This document shows, piece by piece, positions 58,217-64,000 of a DNA stretch of 64,000 nt. A program made the translations under genes and the position numbers. Source of the stretch: Hydrogenophaga sp. (GTDB lineage: Bacteria; Pseudomonadota; Gammaproteobacteria; Burkholderiales; Burkholderiaceae_C); NCBI GenBank assembly GCA_025458915.1, contig JALORL010000004.1, positions 1,329 through 65,328 on the forward strand, in the 5' to 3' direction. Positions within the stretch are counted from its first letter, which is position 1, and each line of letters begins with the position of its first letter. The notes under the pieces are model-generated. The model worked only from the letters and a program-made list of their open reading frames with translations. It did not search any database and was not told the origin of the DNA.

Positions 58217-59281
58217 TCACGGGCGCTTTGGTGGACCAGGCAATCTGGCATCGACTGTCGCGAAGAACGCGTCGTCCACCGCGAGCTCCAGTCCCACGGA
58301 CCAGATCCTGGCTGCGGCCGGGTGGTGCAGCCCCATGAGTTTCACTGCATCTTTTTCCGTGCATATGAACGCCTGGGCATCGTGCTGCAGATGAGGCAGA
58401 TAGTCGGCTGGCGGGGCGTGATCGGGCAGGCTGATCTCCTTCACCAATGCGAGTCCTTCGCTGCGCACCATGCCGAAAAAGACATCGGGGCGGGCGATCC
58501 CGGCCAGACCCACCAGGGTCCTGCCTTGCAGGTCCGACAGCGGCACGCGGCGGCCTTCCAGGTTGATGGCCACGCCGGCCAGCGTCCGTCGCGCGTCAAA
58601 CACCTCGGTCTCTGGCGGAGTTGGCACCCTGGAAGGCACATGCCCCACGCGAAACTGCCTCAGCACCAGCGGAGGTGGTCCGGACGGTGTGGCATGGGGT
58701 GGCCAGGGTTCGCGCAGCAGGCCGGCCGGCAGCAACCAGCCGTTGCCCATCCCGCGATCGTCGAACACCACGATCGACAGATCGCGTTGCATGGCCAGGT
58801 GCTGCAACCCGTCGTCGCAAACAATCACATCGGTTTCGGGATGGGCCGCCAGCAGGCAGCGGCCAGCCTGTATCCGGTCGCTCGAAACAAATACCGGCAC
58901 GCCAGTTGTCTGGTGGATGAGCTTGGGCTCGTCGCCACAATCGGCGGCTGCCGTACCCGACAGCACTTCCAGCGGGGCCGAAGTCCTTCGGCCATGTCCA
59001 CGGGAGACCACACCGGGCGTCCACCCTGCAGACCTGAGGTGCCGCACCAGGGCAATGGTGGTTGGCGTCTTGCCGGCACCGCCCACCACCACATTGCCTA
59101 CCACCACCACGGGCACCGGCAGCCGATGCGAGGGCAGGCGCTTGGTGCGGTACAGCCACCGGCGAACACCGGTCACCAGGCCATACAGGCCCGCCAGTGG
59201 GAGCAGCAACCGTGCCCCTGTGCCCCGGCGCTGCGCCAGCGCCAGCCAGCGCGCTTCGATCCGGGCTTTGGCCGCACTCAC
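58217..59281 (-). CDS. lpxK: Tetraacyldisaccharide 4'-kinase
   Basis: [40 protein letters not shown]. Confidence 0.95.
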   Translation of the reverse strand: MSAAKARIEARWLALAQRRGTGARLLLPLAGLYGLVTGVRRWLYRTKRLPSHRLPVPVVVVGNVVVGGAGKTPTTIALVRHLRSAGWTPGVVSRGHGRRTSAPLEVLSGTAAADCGDEPKLIHQTTGVPVFVSSDRIQAGRCLLAAHPETDVIVCDDGLQHLAMQRDLSIVVFDDRGMGNGWLLPAGLLREPWPPHATPSGPPPLVLRQFRVGHVPSRVPTPPETEVFDARRTLAGVAINLEGRRVPLSDLQGRTLVGLAGIARPDVFFGMVRSEGLALVKEISLPDHAPPADYLPHLQHDAQAFICTEKDAVKLMGLHHPAAARIWSVGLELAVDDAFFATVDARLPGPPKRP

Positions 59282-59308
59282 GGATTCAGCCGAAGGGCCT
59301 GCAGCCGC

Positions 59309-59749
59309 TCAGGGGCGCCCGGCAGCAGCTTGACCCCCGGGCGTTTGCTGAGTGGCAAAGGTGATCTGGACCAGGTTGGCGCGTCGGGCTGCGTCCATTA
59401 CGTTGATCACGGACTGGTGAGTAGCGGCCGCATCGGCGCTGATGACGACGACTGCATCGGGTCCGGTCTGGGCCGCGGCCCGCAGAGCGCGTGCAATGGA
59501 CTCCACGCCACTGTCGGCGAGCAGGTTCCGGTCGACTGCATAGCGACCATCGTTGCTGATGGACACGATGATTTCCTTGGGCTTGTCCTTCAGGTTCTGC
59601 GCGTCTGCCGTGGGCAGGTTCACCTGCAGTTCCGTGAACTTGCTGTAGGTGGTGGTGAGCATCAAAAAAATGAGCACCACCAGCAGGATGTCGATGAACG
59701 GGATGAGGTTGATCTCCGGCTCATCCCGACCGGAAGGCTGGAAGTTCAT
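59309..59749 (-). CDS. exbD: ExbD/TolR family protein
   Basis: EINLIPFIDILLVVLIFLM. Confidence 0.9.
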   Translation of the reverse strand: MNFQPSGRDEPEINLIPFIDILLVVLIFLMLTTTYSKFTELQVNLPTADAQNLKDKPKEIIVSISNDGRYAVDRNLLADSGVESIARALRAAAQTGPDAVVVISADAAATHQSVINVMDAARRANLVQITFATQQTPGGQAAAGRP

Positions 59750-60387
59750 TTGCGAACTCTCAAGAGATGCCGCACGAAGCGCTCGGCTGACACCTCCATC
59801 ACCAGCAGGTAGGCGTCCACCCTGGCGCGGAAATACCGCCAGAAAATGAGCGCAGGAATCGCCACCATGAGGCCGAACGCTGTGTTGTAGAGGGCAATCG
59901 AGATGCCGTGCGCCAGGCGGGTGGGGTCGCCACCGCCGGCAGCGGTTCCCATGCCACCGACACCCCCTTGCGACGCAAAGATCTCGATCATGCCGATTAC
60001 GGTACCGAGCAGGCCGATGAGTGGCGCCGCCGAAGCGATGGTGGCCAGCGCCCCCAGGTAGCGCTGCAGCTTGGCGGCCGCCTGCCTGCCCGCGCCTTCG
60101 AGGCTGGAACGCAGATCGCTTTCGCTGACGCGGGGGTTGCTGTTGAGCGTGCGGAACCCGGTGGCGAGCACCTCACCGAGCACCGAGTTCTGTTCCAGTT
60201 GGGCCACAACGTCAGGGCCAGGGATGCTGTTGCTGGACACCATGATGGCTTCATCCAGCAGCTTCGGTGGAACGATCTTGTCGGTCTTCAGGCTGACAAA
60301 CCGCTCGATGACGAGCGCCAGACCGATGACGGAACAGGCAATCAGAGGCCAAATGGGCCATCCAGCGGCTTGTATGATCGAAAACAA
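59746..60387 (-). CDS. exbB: MotA/TolQ/ExbB proton channel protein
   Basis: APLIGLLGTVIGMI, GISIALYNTAFGL. Confidence 0.9.
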   Translation of the reverse strand: MFSIIQAAGWPIWPLIACSVIGLALVIERFVSLKTDKIVPPKLLDEAIMVSSNSIPGPDVVAQLEQNSVLGEVLATGFRTLNSNPRVSESDLRSSLEGAGRQAAAKLQRYLGALATIASAAPLIGLLGTVIGMIEIFASQGGVGGMGTAAGGGDPTRLAHGISIALYNTAFGLMVAIPALIFWRYFRARVDAYLLVMEVSAERFVRHLLRVRK

Positions 60388-60509
60388 ATCGTGGCTCCAG
60401 TCGTTCGCCAGCATCTGGCGGTGGTTGGTTCGCAGGATTATGGCTTACCGATCAAGGAGGATTCCTTGACTTCGGTGCGCCGGCAAGGCCGCCAGTCGAA
60501 GCCTCCCTT

Positions 60510-60693
60510 TGTGGATAACTTTGTGTACAAACTGGCGACCGCGGCGCCTACAGACTTCCTGCAGGGCGCCTGCAATCAGAACAAGCGCCATCCACCCATG
60601 AAATTTCCTTGCGAATCAATTGCTTGTGATGCGAGCCTTACGCAGTGTGGTGGACTCTGGTGCCATTCAAGCGGGGACGTGCTTTGTGGACAG
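60510..60693. promoter_or_regulatory. DnaA-box cluster with central IHF site (datA-like)
   Basis: TGTGGATAA 60510-18 (perfect), TGTGTACAA 60522-30, IHF consensus AATCAATTGCTTG 60614-26, TGTGGACAG 60685-93; boxes co-oriented. Confidence 0.6.
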
Positions 60694-60712
60694 GTTTCGC
60701 CTTGGAGCCCGC

Positions 60713-62008
60713 ATGAACAAAGGTCTTGAATCGCCGGAGGCAGGCGCCATGGGAAAAGTGTGGGCGGTCGGGGCGCTGGTGCGAGCCGTGGCGGACTTTC
60801 TGTCGGCGCGGTTCAATCCGGTGGCGGTTCAGGGAGAGCTTTCGGGGTTTTCACGGGCAGCCAGCGGCCATTGTTACTTTTCCTTGAAGGACGACGCTGG
60901 TCAAGTTCGCTGTGCGATGTTTCGCCGCTCTGCCGACCAACTGGACTTTCAGCCCCGCGACGGGCAACGTGTGGAGGCCAGCGGAAAGCTCGATGTCTAC
61001 GGCCCACGCGGGGATTTGCAGCTCATCGTGGAGCGCCTGCAGCCTTTGGGCCAGGGCAGCCTGTTTGAACAGTTCTTGCGGATCAAGGCGCAGCTGGAGT
61101 CTGAGGGTCTGTTTGACCCGGATAGAAAGCGGCCACTTCCTCGACACCCGGCCAGCGTCGCGGTCGTCACGTCGCTGGGTGCTGCGGCCCTGCGCGATGT
61201 GGCCACCGCGCTGCGGCGCCGCGCACCGCATGTCGATGTCACCATCCATCCTGCTTCGGTCCAGGGACTGCAGGCTCCGCAGGAAATCTGCCTGGCGCTG
61301 GAGGCCGCCTACACGCGATTCAAACGCACTGGGCAGGGCGAGGTGCTGCTTCTGGTGCGGGGCGGCGGTTCGCTGGAGGATCTCTGGGCGTTCAACGATC
61401 CGCAGGTGGTTCGAGCCGTTGCCTTGGCTCCCATGCCGCTGGTGTGTGGCGTGGGGCACGAGACCGACTTCACCCTGGCCGATTTCGCAGCCGACCTGCG
61501 CGCTCCCACGCCCACGGCCGCGGCAGAGATCTGCGCTCCACCTCGTGACCAGGGGCTCGCCGAACTGGACTATTTGCATGAGCGGCTGGCCGATCTGGTG
61601 ATTGGCAGTGTGGACCGCCGTACCCAGCGGCTGGATTATTTGGCCCAGCGCATGGGTCGGCCCTCGCTGCGCCTGCATCAGGGTGCGCAGGCACTCACCA
61701 CGCTGGACCATCGCATGCAGACCTCCCGGAAGGCATTCCTGCAGGCCGCACGCAACCAGACCCGTGCACTGGCCGATGCTTTGCCCAAGGGCGTGGCCAG
61801 GGTGCTCGAGATGCATGCACGACAGCTTCGGGCCAGTGAGACTGTCTTGTCCATGCTCGATCCACGGAATGTTCTCGACCGCGGCTTTGCGTACCTCAGC
61901 GATGCGAACGATCAGACCATCGTGCGAGCGGCACAGACCCACGCTGGACAGAGGATCACGGCGCACCTGGCCGACGGGACCGTGGATCTGACCGTCAACC
62001 GCACTTAA
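60713..62008 (+). CDS. xseA: Exodeoxyribonuclease VII large subunit
   Basis: SGHCYFSLKD, RGGGSLEDLWAFN, GVGHETD, APTPTAAAE. Confidence 0.96.
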   Translation: MNKGLESPEAGAMGKVWAVGALVRAVADFLSARFNPVAVQGELSGFSRAASGHCYFSLKDDAGQVRCAMFRRSADQLDFQPRDGQRVEASGKLDVYGPRGDLQLIVERLQPLGQGSLFEQFLRIKAQLESEGLFDPDRKRPLPRHPASVAVVTSLGAAALRDVATALRRRAPHVDVTIHPASVQGLQAPQEICLALEAAYTRFKRTGQGEVLLLVRGGGSLEDLWAFNDPQVVRAVALAPMPLVCGVGHETDFTLADFAADLRAPTPTAAAEICAPPRDQGLAELDYLHERLADLVIGSVDRRTQRLDYLAQRMGRPSLRLHQGAQALTTLDHRMQTSRKAFLQAARNQTRALADALPKGVARVLEMHARQLRASETVLSMLDPRNVLDRGFAYLSDANDQTIVRAAQTHAGQRITAHLADGTVDLTVNRT

Positions 62009-62131
62009 GACCCTGCTGGCGGTGCCGCAAACAGGGTTGCCTACAATGGCTCCGCAAGAACGGTGAAGCCGTCGATCGGTGTGCCGTCTCTTGGTCCCAA
62101 CACACCAACACACCTACACACGAGGAACCCC

Positions 62132-62713
62132 ATGGAACACACCTTGCCTGCACTGCCCTACGGCCTGGACGATCTGGCGCCGCACTACAGCCGCGAAACG
62201 CTGGAGTTCCACCACGGCAAGCACCACAACGCCTACGTGGTGAATCTGAACAACCTGCAAAAGGGCACCGAGTTCGAAAGCCTCGACCTCGAATCCATCA
62301 TCAAGAAGTCCAGCGGCGGCATCTACAACAACGCTGCCCAGATCTGGAACCACACATTTTTCTGGAACTGCATGAAGCCCAACGGCGGTGGTGAGCCCTC
62401 CGGTGCACTGGCTGCAGCCATCCAGGCCAAGTGGGGCAGCTACGCTGCGTTCAAAGAGGCCTTCGTGAAGAGCGCCGTGGGCAACTTCGGCTCGGGCTGG
62501 ACTTGGTTGGTCAAGAAGGCCGACGGCAGCGTGGATATTGTGAACACTGGCGCTGCCGGCACCCCGCTGACCACCGCCGACAAAGCCCTGCTCACAGTCG
62601 ACGTGTGGGAGCACGCTTACTACATCGATTACCGCAACGCCCGTCCCAAGTTCGTCGAGACCTTCCTCGACAAGCTGGTGAACTGGTCGTTTGCCGAAGC
62701 CAACTTCGCCTGA
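62132..62713 (+). CDS. sodB: Superoxide dismutase [Fe]
   Basis: [28 protein letters not shown]. Confidence 0.95.
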   Translation: MEHTLPALPYGLDDLAPHYSRETLEFHHGKHHNAYVVNLNNLQKGTEFESLDLESIIKKSSGGIYNNAAQIWNHTFFWNCMKPNGGGEPSGALAAAIQAKWGSYAAFKEAFVKSAVGNFGSGWTWLVKKADGSVDIVNTGAAGTPLTTADKALLTVDVWEHAYYIDYRNARPKFVETFLDKLVNWSFAEANFA

Positions 62714-62727
62714 ACCCTCGAGCAGTG

Positions 62728-62757
62728 AAAAAAGCGGTCGCAAGACCGCTTTTTTTT
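62728..62757. terminator. Bidirectional intrinsic terminator
   Basis: AAAAAAGCGGTC-GCAA-GACCGCTTTTTTTT between convergent genes. Confidence 0.9.
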
Positions 62758-62795
62758 CGCCTGCCCGATCCCGCTGGCGGCTCAGCGCCGGCGAT

Positions 62796-63254
62796 TCAAC
62801 GGGCCTTGAACACTTCTCCACCGAGCTTGAAGCCCGCCGACAGGCGGCGTCTTTCAAACCAGCCCTGGTTCATTTCGAGCACGTAGCGCACGGGCCGTTC
62901 GGAGCAGTGACTTGCTTCTGACAGGGGCTGCATGTCGGCCAGATTGACGATGGTCCCGTCGTCCGCAACAAAGGCCGCAGTGAGCGGGATCAAAGTATTC
63001 TTCATCCAGAAGCACTGCACCGCAGCCTGTTCGAACACGAACAGCATGCCTTCGTGCTGCGGCATCTCCTTGCGGTGCATCAAGCCGATCTGTCGCTGCG
63101 CTGGCGTTCTTGCCACCTGGGCGTCGATCTGGTGCATTCCTGCCGACAGGCGTGCGCGCGGCAGGTCGAGTTGGGGCTCCTGTGCGGCCGATACGGCCGG
63201 CCATGCCAGCGCTAGCACCAGGAGGCGGATGGTGGAGTGGCGTCGGGAAATCAT
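62796..63254 (-). CDS. DUF192 family exported protein
   Basis: Signal peptide, GLMHR, GMLFVF, FWMKNTLIPL, YVLE. Confidence 0.88.
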   Translation of the reverse strand: MISRRHSTIRLLVLALAWPAVSAAQEPQLDLPRARLSAGMHQIDAQVARTPAQRQIGLMHRKEMPQHEGMLFVFEQAAVQCFWMKNTLIPLTAAFVADDGTIVNLADMQPLSEASHCSERPVRYVLEMNQGWFERRRLSAGFKLGGEVFKAR

Positions 63255-63505
63255 GTTCGGTGTCACCAGGGAGGGGTCTCGTCAAGCGTTGTGCTCCGGG
63301 AGAATAGCAGTGGCAACGCAGCTCCACCGTCATCCCGGGCATGCCGTCCGGGTACGGGCAGCCCGGGATGCGCCGTTGTCAGTCTGTGCACAGTCTGTGG
63401 GGATAAAATGCGTGCGCGCATCATGTGAAATGATGTTTCAGTTGAGGCGGGCACAACGCCCGTCGGCCGTACCGATTTCCCAGCTCTTACCGGAGACCCG
63501 ATTCC

Positions 63506-64000
63506 ATGTACCAGCACATCAAAGTGCCCGCCGCAGGCCAGAAGATCACCGTCAATGCCGACATGTCGCTCAATGTGCCCGACGAGCCCATCATCCCCTA
63601 CATCGAGGGTGACGGCACAGGCTTCGACATCACGCCGGTGATGCTCAAGGTGGTGGACGCGGCCGTGGCCAAGGCCTACAACGGCAAGCGCAAGATCCAC
63701 TGGATGGAGGTGTACGCCGGCGAGAAGTCGACCACCGTCTACGGTCCTGATGTCTGGCTGCCCGAAGAAACCCTGGCGGCGCTCAAGGAGTATGTGGTGT
63801 CCATCAAGGGCCCCTTGACCACGCCGGTCGGCGGTGGCATCCGTTCGCTGAACGTCGCGCTGCGCCAGGAGCTGGACCTTTACGTTTGTCTGCGCCCGGT
63901 GCAGTACTTCAAGGGCGTGCCGTCGCCGCTGAAGGAGCCTGAAAAAACCAACATGGTGATCTTCCGCGAGAACTCGGAAGACATCTACGCCGGCATCGAG
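63506..64000 (+). CDS. icd: NADP-dependent isocitrate dehydrogenase, 3'-truncated by window edge
   Basis: Translated by hand: [55 protein letters not shown]. Confidence 0.96.
   Translation, partial: MYQHIKVPAAGQKITVNADMSLNVPDEPIIPYIEGDGTGFDITPVMLKVVDAAVAKAYNGKRKIHWMEVYAGEKSTTVYGPDVWLPEETLAALKEYVVSIKGPLTTPVGGGIRSLNVALRQELDLYVCLRPVQYFKGVPSPLKEPEKTNMVIFRENSEDIYAGIE

Noticed and set aside
60420-60712. Possible oriC
   Set aside because: Only one perfect DnaA box, no AT-rich unwinding element and no dnaA/gidA/par context; kept as datA-like instead.
62095-62125. CA-rich tract in the sodB leader as a repeat or Fur/sRNA site
   Set aside because: Imperfect low-complexity tract with no Fur-box match; cannot be supported from sequence alone.

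Overview
GC-rich betaproteobacterial chromosome segment (Comamonadaceae-like, plausibly Hydrogenophaga; taxonomy inferred from gene order and protein features). It is mostly core genome: rpsB-tsf-pyrH-frr-uppS-cdsA-dxr-rseP-bamA/skp-lpxD-fabZ-lpxA-lpxB-rnhB-trmH-like, carA-orf-carB-greA, lexA, adk-kdsB-ycaR-lpxK-exbDB, xseA, sodB and the start of icd. A more accessory middle section (about 20.8-52 kb) holds bactofilin/ExeA/GspB, a LuxR-flavin monooxygenase-DUF2783 unit, a YgiQ radical SAM enzyme, a ParD-like/zeta-like toxin-antitoxin pair, pobA/pobR with an aromatic-acid ABC transporter, an atypical HisC, tRNA-Pro/tRNA-Arg and an acyl-CoA catabolic cluster. No integrase, IS, prophage or CRISPR array was seen. 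Main observations: (1) a 184-bp DnaA box-DnaA box-IHF site-DnaA box module between exbB and xseA with datA-like geometry; (2) an in-frame bamA-skp fusion that removes the essential last barrel strands, and a gspB whose membrane anchor lies in another frame, both probably assembly lesions; (3) a carA promoter with E. coli carAB P1-like GTTT start geometry; (4) a non-canonical TA pair with an operator hairpin over its RBS; (5) a Tat-exported His-His protein paired with a CopD-like membrane protein; (6) an LvaA/LvaC (ACAD10/11)-like kinase-dehydrogenase pair. All calls come from reading motifs by eye; no database searches were run.
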